A stretch of 43,052 bases of DNA from a virus (IMGVR_UViG_3300005512_000081:1-43052), one strand, 5' to 3'; numbered from the stretch's first letter, positions 1 through 8,788 are shown. Numbers and translations are program-made. The notes: generated from the letters alone by a model not told the origin.

Positions 1-22
1 TGTGTTGCCATGGGTTAACCCC

Positions 23-463
23 CTAGGCAATACGAATTATGGCTGCACCAGATGAAGCTGTTGGGAAAGCAATGGTAAAGTTACCAGCACTTGATGATTT
101 GTTTGAACCAAAATCTATTGCTGCTACTGTATTATTTGCTGCAGCTGAATCGTTATAAATCAAACAGCCACGAGCTGTAATGGTTTCAGAAGCAAATGTT
201 AAATCAGAAAAATCAACAAAACCAACATTAGAAGACACGGTTGGTGTACTAGCTGAAACGGTAAGTGCTCCACCTCCAGCTGTATAAGTATTTGTGCCTG
301 ATGCCTCATTAGCTGTGATATAAGATGCTGTTGAAGCATTTAGTGTAGCTCCTGATGTATATAGTGCTAATTTAAACGTATTACCACCTGAGGTAGCAAA
401 CGTATGTACGCCTTTAAGTAAGTCTCTCTTAAAAGCATCTGTGATTGTTGATGTTATTGCCAT
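23..463 (-). CDS. putative tail/virion structural protein
   Basis: 146 aa, Ala/Ser/Thr/Gly-rich and beta-like (FKLALYT...GCLIYN...IDFG...FTIAFP); lies in the tail region and is TAATG-coupled to the upstream gene. Confidence 0.7.
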   Translation of the reverse strand: MAITSTITDAFKRDLLKGVHTFATSGGNTFKLALYTSGATLNASTASYITANEASGTNTYTAGGGALTVSASTPTVSSNVGFVDFSDLTFASETITARGCLIYNDSAAANNTVAAIDFGSNKSSSAGNFTIAFPTASSGAAIIRIA

Positions 464-744
464 TAAAGTCTCCTAATTAAATCTGCTTCTTCTAGTTTAC
501 CTGCTTTTTCTAGTCTCTTGCAAATAGTTTGTCTATCTGCCTTGATAGCTTCTATCATATAGAAATGCACAGTTTTTTCAATAGCTTCTTTAAAAGCTTT
601 TGATTGTTCTGCAAAAGGTGAACTATCCGATATTGATATTATTTTGCTCATACATTTATCAACAAAATACTCTGGCTTATGTCCACCTTCATCAGAAGTA
701 TAAACTTTAACACTACCTAATTGAAATTTTTTGGTTGGTAACAT
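463..744 (-). CDS. conserved phage hypothetical protein
   Basis: 93 aa ORF translationally coupled on both sides. Confidence 0.7.
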   Translation of the reverse strand: MLPTKKFQLGSVKVYTSDEGGHKPEYFVDKCMSKIISISDSSPFAEQSKAFKEAIEKTVHFYMIEAIKADRQTICKRLEKAGKLEEADLIRRL

Positions 745-1478
745 TAATATTCCTTAGGTTCTGGTGGTTGTGGGACATCATCATGTCTGCCTCTTAAATA
801 GCTTTGTACCACTGGTTTTTCGGTGGGCATGCTAGACCTTTTTGCTACTTCAAATTTTTCACCATCGGATAAGATAACCAATGGGTCGTCTAGTCGATGA
901 TAACCATAGAGTTTCTCTTCGGCAGGCACATCGCTATCCATTAATGAGCAATCAGCAGAAATATCTACCTTAATGCCTTTTTCTAAACATTTAGCAATCC
1001 AGAACTCAACACAAGCACGGCCAGCTTCGGCAAAGTTAATATTGCCTCTGTATGTGTAATCGCAACCAAAGAAACTAATTTGTTTGGCATTGCCGACATA
1101 AGCGTAAGCTACAGCATAAGCAACTGTGTTATTAAAGTAATGACATACTGTTTTTGATATAACTTCTTTTAAAGGATAGAGTTGTAAATTTTTTACTCTC
1201 TTATCTTCTTCGCAAGTAATTATTGGACAATCATCCCAACAACCATCCATTAGAATTCTAGTCATAGCTTTGGCTTGATTGCCAGTAACGTCAGAATCTA
1301 AAAATCTTGATGGTGGGTCTAACATAAATAGACGGTCACATTTATATGCAGCTGCTGCGGCATTAATGCACCAAGTTTCGTGGTATTGAATTCCATGCTG
1401 TAAAGCCATGGCATAGTATTTTTGCGTGTGACCTAAACCAATAATCGCAATGGATTTACCAGTTAAGTCGGGGACTAC
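744..1478 (-). CDS. Rossmann-like protein resembling GT29/Maf/MptE-like nucleotide-sugar transferases; start uncertain (first ATG at 1409, frame continues upstream to 1478)
   Basis: Frame upstream of the ATG reads VVPDLTGKSIAIIGLG; the body has WCINAA and ISFFGCDY motifs. Confidence 0.6.
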   Translation of the reverse strand, partial: VVPDLTGKSIAIIGLGHTQKYYAMALQHGIQYHETWCINAAAAAYKCDRLFMLDPPSRFLDSDVTGNQAKAMTRILMDGCWDDCPIITCEEDKRVKNLQLYPLKEVISKTVCHYFNNTVAYAVAYAYVGNAKQISFFGCDYTYRGNINFAEAGRACVEFWIAKCLEKGIKVDISADCSLMDSDVPAEEKLYGYHRLDDPLVILSDGEKFEVAKRSSMPTEKPVVQSYLRGRHDDVPQPPEPKEY

Positions 1479-2146
1479 GTTGTTTGTGTTCTGAGCCTGT
1501 CGTAACGATACTCGTCCTTTGTTCCCCTTGCTTCGGCTTCGTTCTTTAGTCTTGATAGTTCCTCCAAATATCTATCGTTATATAACTTCAATAAATCCGG
1601 TTCACCTTTTAGAAACGTATATGCTTCAAAAAGCGAGCCGTACAGTAAAGCGTTTCTTGCATTATTTGAAAGCCAAGTGCCATCGGTTGCTGATGTTAAG
1701 CTTTGAGGCTTATAAAAATAATGTAATTCCACATTATAATCACTGTCTGGTACGGGAGCAACTGTTATAGTTGAATCATTTTCAGAGCTTTGATAACCTG
1801 CATCAAAATCCGCATAATATTTTGGCAGCCCACGCAATGTTGCATCTGTAGTATCTTCAATATAATCATTGATAAAAGTAGGATGCTTTTTTTGTAAAAA
1901 TTTATAATCACCGTTGGAATCTATTGCTGCCAAAGAGAATGTCAAAATGTAATCAGAAGGAGCCGAAAGAAATCGGTTTCCTGTTGTTAAATTACCTGTT
2001 ACGTTTTTTCTAAAGACGTTGAGTTGAACTTCTCTAAGGATTCTGTCTTCAGCACTTATAATAATATCATTAAGAGTATTTGTGAAGGTTGTTTCGGTAG
2101 ATTCACAAAAGTTTTGTATTAAAGTTTTAAGTTCTGCTAATGTCAT
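1475..2146 (-). CDS. head-tail adaptor / tail tubular-type protein
   Basis: 223 aa; MTLAELKTLIQ start, P..YA, PVPD..Y.VELHY and LLYGSL.EAY.FLK motifs typical of podovirus adaptor proteins. Confidence 0.7.
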   Translation of the reverse strand: MTLAELKTLIQNFCESTETTFTNTLNDIIISAEDRILREVQLNVFRKNVTGNLTTGNRFLSAPSDYILTFSLAAIDSNGDYKFLQKKHPTFINDYIEDTTDATLRGLPKYYADFDAGYQSSENDSTITVAPVPDSDYNVELHYFYKPQSLTSATDGTWLSNNARNALLYGSLFEAYTFLKGEPDLLKLYNDRYLEELSRLKNEAEARGTKDEYRYDRLRTQTT

Positions 2147-2451
2147 TCTGTTGTTACTGTAATTGTTCCTAGGCTTGATTGTACCTCATATCCATAAAAT
2201 GAAAAACCAATATCATCAAGGTTTGTAAAGACACGTCCTAGATTGGCTTCTTTGTCGGTATCTGGTCTTGGCTCATAAAGTGCTACTGGGTCGGCACCAA
2301 CATCGTTAAGCTCAAGTTGAGGATGTTTTGGTTCATAGCATTCATAACAAACCTTAAAACCTGTCCACTCTTTTTGTAATTCGTGCAAATGATATTTGAA
2401 ACCGCAACGGTCACATAATCCTTTAGCGTACTTGCCAGCCGCATATGCCAT
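2143..2451 (-). CDS. Cys-rich (CxxC...CxxC) conserved phage head-tail region protein
   Basis: CDRCG...VCYEC..PKHPQL...PRPD; coupled to its neighbours. Confidence 0.7.
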   Translation of the reverse strand: MAYAAGKYAKGLCDRCGFKYHLHELQKEWTGFKVCYECYEPKHPQLELNDVGADPVALYEPRPDTDKEANLGRVFTNLDDIGFSFYGYEVQSSLGTITVTTE

Positions 2452-3143
2452 TATGGACTCCTTTGTCTTCTGGTATCAGGACGGATACGGAAGCTATTTC
2501 TTGGTTCGTCTTGGTCTGCTGCTCTTTGAAACTCTTCTTCATAGATTGCTTTTAAAAACTGCATTCTTTCTGGAGCTCTTTTTTGTGCTATGTAATATGC
2601 TAATCCAGCAGCTAAACAAGGATAAAATCTAAATGGTAATTGCAACGTATCTCTATTGGAATCAACATCATCCATACGCATTAATCTGTTAACTACCAAT
2701 TTATCTGTTGAATCGTCTGGTGTTGGATAGACATAAATTTTTGGTGTTATTTGTTTGTCAACGAAATATTGCGATGGCCTAGCTTGTTCTGACTTATTAG
2801 GAATATGTAAATATTCAGCACGACCTATACGACTTATTTGTATGTCTGTGTTGGTTGAGTTATTAACTTCTCTAACAACAACGTCTAATACATCAATTAC
2901 TGCTGTAGGATTGGTACTGTCTAAATTATAAGATGCAGTGCCAGCAACCAAATCTATGGTTGTTTGGCTTACAGTCCATTGGTTGAGGCCTCTATTGGCC
3001 CATTCAGCTAATAATAGATTTAAAGAACGTCTTGCAGAATCAAGGTCGTAACCAGTCCTGAGCTCAAGACCACAACGCTCAAATGCTTCTTCTATATAAT
3101 CAGTTACTTCTAATTCGAAGTTTTTGCTACCGGATACTGCCAT
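2451..3143 (-). CDS. head-tail adaptor / tail tubular protein A-like
   Basis: 230 aa with IEEAFERCG, ARRSLNLL..EWANRG.N.W, YP.PD and YEEEF.RA motifs. Confidence 0.75.
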   Translation of the reverse strand: MAVSGSKNFELEVTDYIEEAFERCGLELRTGYDLDSARRSLNLLLAEWANRGLNQWTVSQTTIDLVAGTASYNLDSTNPTAVIDVLDVVVREVNNSTNTDIQISRIGRAEYLHIPNKSEQARPSQYFVDKQITPKIYVYPTPDDSTDKLVVNRLMRMDDVDSNRDTLQLPFRFYPCLAAGLAYYIAQKRAPERMQFLKAIYEEEFQRAADQDEPRNSFRIRPDTRRQRSP

Positions 3144-3146
3144 TTA

Positions 3147-3272
3147 TTATTTACGTTTTTTTGCTGAGCCGCCACGTTTTTTCATGACTCTGTTACTCAT
3201 GACGCTACCGCCGCCACGTTTTTTCATTACGCCACGTTTTTTGTTGCTTCTTATTTTGCCACGACTTTTCAT
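3147..3272 (-). CDS. 41-aa very basic peptide with repeated MKKRGG (not in ORF track)
   Basis: GGAG SD, then ATG at 3272; MKSRGKIRSNKKRGVMKKRGGGSVMSNRVMKKRGGSAKKRK; fills the intergenic gap. Confidence 0.75.
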   Translation of the reverse strand: MKSRGKIRSNKKRGVMKKRGGGSVMSNRVMKKRGGSAKKRK

Positions 3273-3280
3273 AATTGCTC

Positions 3281-3457
3281 CTATCTGTATTTAGTTTGCT
3301 TTCTGCGGCCAGCCATCACAGCACCGCAACCTTTATGATACTTTTTCTTTTCGCCATTTACTATACCACCAGTTTTCATGTAACCCATTTTGTTGCGTAC
3401 TTTTTTTGGTAGCTTGGCTAGACCTTTGTTTTTTTTTGGGACTGGTTTTAAACTCAC
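3281..3457 (-). CDS. 58-aa basic protein (not in ORF track)
   Basis: GTG overlaps the upstream TGA, with GAGGAGG upstream; MSFKPVPKKNKGLAKLPKKVRNKMGYMKTGGIV...KGCGAVMAGRRKQTKYR. Confidence 0.75.
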   Translation of the reverse strand: MSLKPVPKKNKGLAKLPKKVRNKMGYMKTGGIVNGEKKKYHKGCGAVMAGRRKQTKYR

Positions 3458-3888
3458 TTCTTTTTTCCTCCTCTTAATAAATCTTTATCGGCTTTTCTAG
3501 CTCCTCCTTTTCCTGTAGCAAAACTTCTTACTCTGCCACAACCCCAAGATTGTGGTGTTTGGCCGGGTCTTGACCCAGATGAATAATAGGCACCCATGCC
3601 TCGTTTGTACACCTTCATTAATGTTGAAGTTGATTTACCAGAACTCTTGGCATACTTTTTAACACAAGCTGGTGTCTTGGATGCAGAGCCACCTTTTTTG
3701 TATTTATCTTTGGCTCTTTCTTTGGCAATCTTATCCATTTCTGCACCAGATAATTTGCCTGCTTTGTATTTAGCTGATATTTCTTTTATTTCCTTTCTTC
3801 TTTTTTGAGCTTTGGAAGCTGAAAGTCCTGCTGTGTATTTTTTTGGTACACCACCTGTTTTGGGTACTTTTTTAAATTTTCTAGTCAT
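3454..3888 (-). CDS. basic Lys-rich protein, DUF5824-like C-terminus
   Basis: VYKRGMGAYYSSGSRPGQTPQSWG.GRV.SF motif, recalled from phage and giant-virus proteins. Confidence 0.65.
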   Translation of the reverse strand: MTRKFKKVPKTGGVPKKYTAGLSASKAQKRRKEIKEISAKYKAGKLSGAEMDKIAKERAKDKYKKGGSASKTPACVKKYAKSSGKSTSTLMKVYKRGMGAYYSSGSRPGQTPQSWGCGRVRSFATGKGGARKADKDLLRGGKKK

Positions 3889-4129
3889 GGTCCAAATCTA
3901 TATCAATTGCATCTTGTATTGAATCCATCATTTCTTTAGGAATAGCAATATCTACATCTTGCAATAAAGCTTGAACGGTTGGGTTCAAGTCTTCAATTTG
4001 CATATCTAATACTGCTTCGAATATATCTCGATATTGTTCTCTAGGCAGCCAATTTGTGCCTCTTTGGCTTCTTTTTTTGCAATCAAAACGCCAAGCTTCA
4101 TCTAGTTGTTTTTCTGTATATAAAAGCAT
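3881..4129 (-). CDS. hypothetical protein (probable start ATG 4129)
   Basis: MLLYTEKQLDEAW...; the ATG follows the upstream stop. Confidence 0.6.
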   Translation of the reverse strand: MLLYTEKQLDEAWRFDCKKRSQRGTNWLPREQYRDIFEAVLDMQIEDLNPTVQALLQDVDIAIPKEMMDSIQDAIDIDLDHD

Positions 4130-4130
4130 A

Positions 4131-4415
4131 TTACCATTTCTTACAGGACCAATATCTTGCTGTGAATTTATCTTTGGCTGTAGCACACTTGTGTCTAGCC
4201 CTAAATGATTTTCTTCTAGCTGGTTGGTCTTTTTTAATTGTCATATTGGCATCGCCAAAACGAATCAATTTTACTTCATTGCCTTTTTTTGCTAATACAG
4301 CAAATTTCTTACCACCTTGTCTGTCTCTTTTTGGTTTGTTGTAACCAGAAAAAGTTTCACCACGATATGTTAATTTACCACTTGGTGTTCTTTTAACATT
4401 TTTTGTTGTTGCCAT
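4131..4415 (-). CDS. conserved basic phage protein
   Basis: KKFAVL...IRFGD...RRKSFRARHKC...ARYWSC..W motif widespread in aquatic phages. Confidence 0.75.
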   Translation of the reverse strand: MATTKNVKRTPSGKLTYRGETFSGYNKPKRDRQGGKKFAVLAKKGNEVKLIRFGDANMTIKKDQPARRKSFRARHKCATAKDKFTARYWSCKKW

Positions 4416-5218
4416 TAAGAACCATCTCCTGCATTTCGTATTAAAACAATATCTAAAGCAGCAGAAACGGTAACTGTTCCTCCTGCCGAGTCTGCTTGTG
4501 CTCTAATTTCTATATCTGTTTTTTCAGTAAACTTTAAAGCATAAGGGTATGGAATTGTGCTATATCCTTCGCTTGATAAAACTCTGTCTTTTACATTAAA
4601 AACACCGCCAAAAGGTCTGGCTACTAAACTTAAAATTGCGAACTTACCTGCCGAAGAAGATGCCGATACATCTTTTTGAGTAATATAACCAGTATAGCCT
4701 CTGGGTATGGTATAGGTCATCATTAGAGTTTGATTGTCGCCTATACCTACTGTAGCGTATTTGTTGGTAGGCACTCCACCTGAAGGTGTTGCTTCTGTTC
4801 CCACATATAAAACACCAGCATTACCACCGCCAGTACCAGCAGTATTAACTATAATTCTATTAACTCTAAACCAAGTGCTGCCATTTAATTCAACACCTGT
4901 TTGACCATTTAAACTTACAGTTTCTATTTTTTCATCAAAATTATTATCTAAACCATATACTGTTACAGTTCTTGCACCAGTACCTGCTGCTGTATCATTA
5001 GCAGAAGAGCTAGATATATAAAGAGTTGAAGCTGAACTTAAATATGAATATAAACCACCTTGAAGCCATACGGTTGCTAAAGTGGTATCTACAGCAGAAT
5101 TAAAACCAAATTTGTGTACGGGTTCGTGATAAGAAATCTGACCCCTTGAGACTTGAAGCTCAAAGGGTTCAGAAGTTCCTACTCGTGAAATCGAGGAGAT
5201 TTCAGCACGGTTAGCCAT
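4415..5218 (-). CDS. putative virion decoration/structural protein
   Basis: 267 aa, beta-rich; VHKFGFN, SSSANDT.AGTGART and YTIP.GY motifs. Confidence 0.65.
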   Translation of the reverse strand: MANRAEISSISRVGTSEPFELQVSRGQISYHEPVHKFGFNSAVDTTLATVWLQGGLYSYLSSASTLYISSSSANDTAAGTGARTVTVYGLDNNFDEKIETVSLNGQTGVELNGSTWFRVNRIIVNTAGTGGGNAGVLYVGTEATPSGGVPTNKYATVGIGDNQTLMMTYTIPRGYTGYITQKDVSASSSAGKFAILSLVARPFGGVFNVKDRVLSSEGYSTIPYPYALKFTEKTDIEIRAQADSAGGTVTVSAALDIVLIRNAGDGS

Positions 5219-5615
5219 ACTTTTTAACTAGCTCAAGAATTACAGTATATGTATCTCCTGAACCAGCTCCAATAGTAGAAAAGTCTATGTCTCCAGTTAC
5301 ACCTGTGCCTGCATTGTTAGGAATGCCTGTAAAACTAGAATAGTCGTGATAACCATTTGAATCTGGTGATAAACCAATGGCTAAAACATTGGCTGTGGCA
5401 TCAAATTCAAGTTCTACGCCCATACCTACGCATTGCCACCAAATTCTATTGATGGCAACACTTGTGCAAGCTTGGCCTTTAACATCTGTTGCTAAAGTTG
5501 AAACATCGACTTTTTTAACGGCACTTTCTCCTGTTCCATCACTAATATTGGTAAATTTCAATACGGCCATTCTTTCACCGTCTTGAATAGTTTGTGATGT
5601 TACTACGTCTGCCAT
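5211..5615 (-). CDS. putative structural protein
   Basis: 134 aa with AGGAGG SD, in the structural cluster. Confidence 0.65.
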   Translation of the reverse strand: MADVVTSQTIQDGERMAVLKFTNISDGTGESAVKKVDVSTLATDVKGQACTSVAINRIWWQCVGMGVELEFDATANVLAIGLSPDSNGYHDYSSFTGIPNNAGTGVTGDIDFSTIGAGSGDTYTVILELVKKYG

Positions 5616-5626
5616 TTATCCTCCTA

Positions 5627-6136
5627 TTACTGGTCAGCAAATGCTGGAGCTGTTGCTCCTGTTACGGAACCCCAAACATACCAGTTGGTGCTATCTTTAG
5701 CTACTACATTGATTACTGCAGAACCGGGAACGTTTACTTGTAATTTACTGTTTGAGTTGCCATCTGAAAAAACTACAGAAGCTGCTCCATCATCGGTATC
5801 ATTAAAAGCTACGTTACCAATAAAATAATTGGTATCTGAACCTGAATCAATAATAAAGTCAGTTGCATCGGCTGCTTCACCGCCATAAACAAATTGAAAG
5901 TTTGAACCAGCTACTGGACTAGGCAACGTATATGTGTTGTCTTGACCACCATTTGGCACGATTAATACACGACCACTATGGGTAGCGTTTGTTAAAGACA
6001 CATCGCCATCGGCTAATGCTACTGGAGCTTCACCATAGGTTGTGATTTCAGTTACAGCACCTGTTGTACTGTTTTTGCTAACGGATTTAAAACCATTTTC
6101 GGACCTTACTGGACCTGAAAAAGTTGAGTTTGCCAT
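5627..6136 (-). CDS. putative capsid-associated/decoration protein
   Basis: The MANSTFSGPVRSENGF N-terminus is typical of the post-capsid gene in this phage group; AAGGAGG SD. Confidence 0.7.
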   Translation of the reverse strand: MANSTFSGPVRSENGFKSVSKNSTTGAVTEITTYGEAPVALADGDVSLTNATHSGRVLIVPNGGQDNTYTLPSPVAGSNFQFVYGGEAADATDFIIDSGSDTNYFIGNVAFNDTDDGAASVVFSDGNSNSKLQVNVPGSAVINVVAKDSTNWYVWGSVTGATAPAFADQ

Positions 6137-6149
6137 ATTTGCCTCCTTA

Positions 6150-6208
6150 ATACTGTCGTCTTGGCTTGTCTGCTAGGTCAGTCGACAGAGGGTTGATTAA
6201 TACCTAGA
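6150..6208 (-). ncRNA. pseudoknotted RNA element, probably Mu-gpT-DE-like
   Basis: CUGUCG/CGACAG stem and an inner CUG-ACCUAG-CAG hairpin whose loop is complementary to the 5' CUAGGU; lies downstream of a Mu-gpT-type capsid gene. Confidence 0.55.
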
Positions 6209-6224
6209 AAATTAAGTATAACTG

Positions 6225-6250
6225 AAAAAAAGAGAGGCATAAAGCCTCTC
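6225..6250 (-). terminator. intrinsic terminator after hsp20
   Basis: GAGAGGC-TTTAT-GCCTCTC followed by a T run on the minus strand. Confidence 0.8.
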
Positions 6251-6254
6251 CGCA

Positions 6255-6656
6255 CTATTTGATTTTAATAGTTTTTGGTTTTTTATCTTCTGGAATTACT
6301 TTTTCCAAATCAATAATTAGTAAACCATTTTCCAATTTAGCCCCTTTAACTTCAATGTATTCAGCTAAAGTGAACTGCAATCTAAAGTCTCTTTCAGCAA
6401 TACCACGATGCATATATTCCTTATCGGAAACTTTGCTCTCATGGGAAATGTTTAGAGTGCCTTCGACCAATTCAATGTTTATGTCATCTTTTGATAGGCC
6501 TGCTACAGCTAATTCGACATAAATCTTATCGCCATCTTTGCGAATATTATACGGGGGGTAACTAGGTTGAGACTCTTTAGAAAGTCTTTCTAGTCGGTCA
6601 AATAGTTTTTCAAAGCCTAACACCTGACGTGTTAGTAACGGATTTAAATTATACAT
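6255..6656 (-). CDS. hsp20: small heat-shock protein Hsp20 (IbpA-like)
   Basis: YPPYNI, ELAVAG, Y.HRGIA.R.F...FTLAE, A.LENGLL.I.L and PE.KKP..I.I alpha-crystallin motifs. Confidence 0.95.
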   Translation of the reverse strand: MYNLNPLLTRQVLGFEKLFDRLERLSKESQPSYPPYNIRKDGDKIYVELAVAGLSKDDINIELVEGTLNISHESKVSDKEYMHRGIAERDFRLQFTLAEYIEVKGAKLENGLLIIDLEKVIPEDKKPKTIKIK

Positions 6657-6735
6657 AAGTCCTCCTTAAAGCAACTTACAAGTTAATGTCGACCTCACCT
6701 GAGCATCAACAATTTAATTATAGGGATTTTTTAAC

Positions 6736-6762
6736 AAAAAAAAAGGGAGACCGAAGTCTCCC
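6736..6762 (-). terminator. intrinsic terminator after major capsid gene
   Basis: GGGAGAC-TTCG-GTCTCCC followed by a T run (UUCG tetraloop). Confidence 0.9.
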
Positions 6763-6783
6763 TCAAAACAAACAAAAGATGTT

Positions 6784-7695
6784 TTATGCTGCACCCGGAG
6801 AACCGAATACACATCTTGGGTCAGAAACCCCAAATGAATATCTTTCTCTAGCTTTAAATCTAACGTTTCCAGTATCGAAATCGCCTTCCATTGAAGTTTG
6901 GAGAGGTGTTCTTTCGAAGTATTTGAAACCGTTTGGTGCATCAGTCTTAATGAAGAAAGCTTCAGGGTCTGTTAAAAAGTGGTTAATTACATAACCCTCA
7001 GGTAACATTCCTGAACTTCTGATAGCGTTAATATCGTTATCAGCTGTGCTAACTCTTAATTCTGATTTCATCAATCTTTCAGCAACAAACTGAAGTTCTG
7101 GTGGAACAATCAATTTGCTACCTTGGATAGCTAATACCAAACCTCTTTCATCTTCAAACTGAGAAATATCAATTAAAGCATTTTCTAAAGATGTTTCATT
7201 CAAATCAGCAGGTGTTGAAGGTTCATTTCTGAACGTACCACCGAATGCTAATGGGTGAAGTTGAGAACAGAGTTCTACTCCATCACCATAAGTAACACTT
7301 GAACTAAACGCATTGTTTAGCACAGATGCTGACTTAATCTGTTTTGTATGAGCCATAGACCTTGCTAATGCTTTGGTGTATCTAGCACCTAATCTATCAT
7401 ACAAGTTATCTTCAACAGCTTCTTCAGTTAAAGCAAACGCTAAAGCTATGGTTTCGTGGTTGTATCTTGATGTATATGCTTCTGCAGCATTATCAAATGA
7501 TACTCCAGCACCCTCTGATTTCACAGGGGCATTACCAAAGCCTGTTAACATTACTTCTTCTTCAAAAGCTCTATCGGATGACTCTTGCTCATAGATTTCT
7601 TCGTGTTCTTTTTCGTACCTGTTGTACTCAAGACCGAAGAGAGCATTCAAACCGGGTTCTAGCTCTTTTACTAATTGACTTCTTGAAATAGCCAT
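6784..7695 (-). CDS. major capsid protein (Mu gpT-like, HK97 fold)
   Basis: MAISRSQLVKELEPGLNALFGLEY...GDFDTGNVRFKARERYSFG.SDPR signature; follows the scaffold genes and ends at a strong terminator. Confidence 0.9.
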   Translation of the reverse strand: MAISRSQLVKELEPGLNALFGLEYNRYEKEHEEIYEQESSDRAFEEEVMLTGFGNAPVKSEGAGVSFDNAAEAYTSRYNHETIALAFALTEEAVEDNLYDRLGARYTKALARSMAHTKQIKSASVLNNAFSSSVTYGDGVELCSQLHPLAFGGTFRNEPSTPADLNETSLENALIDISQFEDERGLVLAIQGSKLIVPPELQFVAERLMKSELRVSTADNDINAIRSSGMLPEGYVINHFLTDPEAFFIKTDAPNGFKYFERTPLQTSMEGDFDTGNVRFKARERYSFGVSDPRCVFGSPGAA

Positions 7696-7708
7696 TTAAT
7701 TATCCTCC

Positions 7709-8275
7709 TTATACGCCGGCAGAGCCGTCATTGTAGAATGATTGGTTTAGAGAAACAATCACCTTAGTGTTTACTGCACCTTTTTCATTTTCTGGGTCTT
7801 GTGAAAATCTTACGACTTTAAACTGACCAGCAGAAGATGTACCAGCAGAATCAACTTCTGCTTTGGAAATACCTATTGAGGTATCACCTGAGGTATAAGC
7901 AATAACAACCGTATTACCAACATTGGTTTGACCCAATGCTGATGATGATTGAACTTCATACAAAGCACTTTTGTCATCTATGACATAAGCCACAATGTCA
8001 TCTGCCACGTTGGACGATGACTTTAATTTCGCATAAGTGGGTTTTCCTGAGACGGCATCTGTAAAGAAACATCCGTTGAAAATACCTAAAACTTTGTCGC
8101 TTGAGGCAGTTGCAACGTCAATTTTTCCAGAGCTTAACATCTTAACAGGGTCGCCCATAAATATATTATTACTATTGTCAGATGCTACAGCATATTCGGA
8201 TTGACCGTGATTCTGTACGCCTGACCCTAGTGACCCAACAAGTCTAAAACCTGATGGATTATCTGAGTTTGCCAT
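7709..8275 (-). CDS. capsid cement/minor capsid protein
   Basis: MAN.D.P.G.R...IF.GDPV...GIFNGC..D....YEVQ; lies directly upstream of the MCP. Confidence 0.7.
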   Translation of the reverse strand: MANSDNPSGFRLVGSLGSGVQNHGQSEYAVASDNSNNIFMGDPVKMLSSGKIDVATASSDKVLGIFNGCFFTDAVSGKPTYAKLKSSSNVADDIVAYVIDDKSALYEVQSSSALGQTNVGNTVVIAYTSGDTSIGISKAEVDSAGTSSAGQFKVVRFSQDPENEKGAVNTKVIVSLNQSFYNDGSAGV

Positions 8276-8299
8276 TTAAGTCTCCTATAAATTAAACAA

Positions 8300-8788
8300 T
8301 TAATCTTTAGATGGTCTACCACCGAAGGAAACTCTCGATTGCCTTTCGGGTTTCGAGATTGGCATACTTGGATGTGCTTCTTTCATAAGATTATTGTCAA
8401 CCGCTTGCATCTGTAATTCAGTTTTATTCTGATAATACTTGCTTCTTTGGTTGATTAAATCTTCATCTATTTTACAAAGCATTAATCCACCGACACCAAT
8501 GTATCCTGAGTGTTTTCCATCATCCATTATCGGCATCTCAAAATTTGGAACTTCTTCTGGTCGCACAAGCTCCCAGCCTTCCCTAAATTTCATTGAGACG
8601 TTTTTCCTATCTTCATTGCCTAGATATTCAGCTCTTATCCATCTGTACTTAATGCCATCTGGAGGAGTTGGTGTATCCAACGATGATGCAGGAGCCCAAA
8701 CTTTTTTCCTAGCTTTGGTATCTCTAGTTTCCGCAGAACGTGGTGTTCTGTTGCTGACGAATCTTCCATTGTTATCTCTTTCAGCCAT
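8300..8788 (-). CDS. conserved head-assembly region protein
   Basis: W.P.SSLD.P.PP.G..YRWIR...REGWE.V...IGVGGL.L motif. Confidence 0.75.
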   Translation of the reverse strand: MAERDNNGRFVSNRTPRSAETRDTKARKKVWAPASSLDTPTPPDGIKYRWIRAEYLGNEDRKNVSMKFREGWELVRPEEVPNFEMPIMDDGKHSGYIGVGGLMLCKIDEDLINQRSKYYQNKTELQMQAVDNNLMKEAHPSMPISKPERQSRVSFGGRPSKD

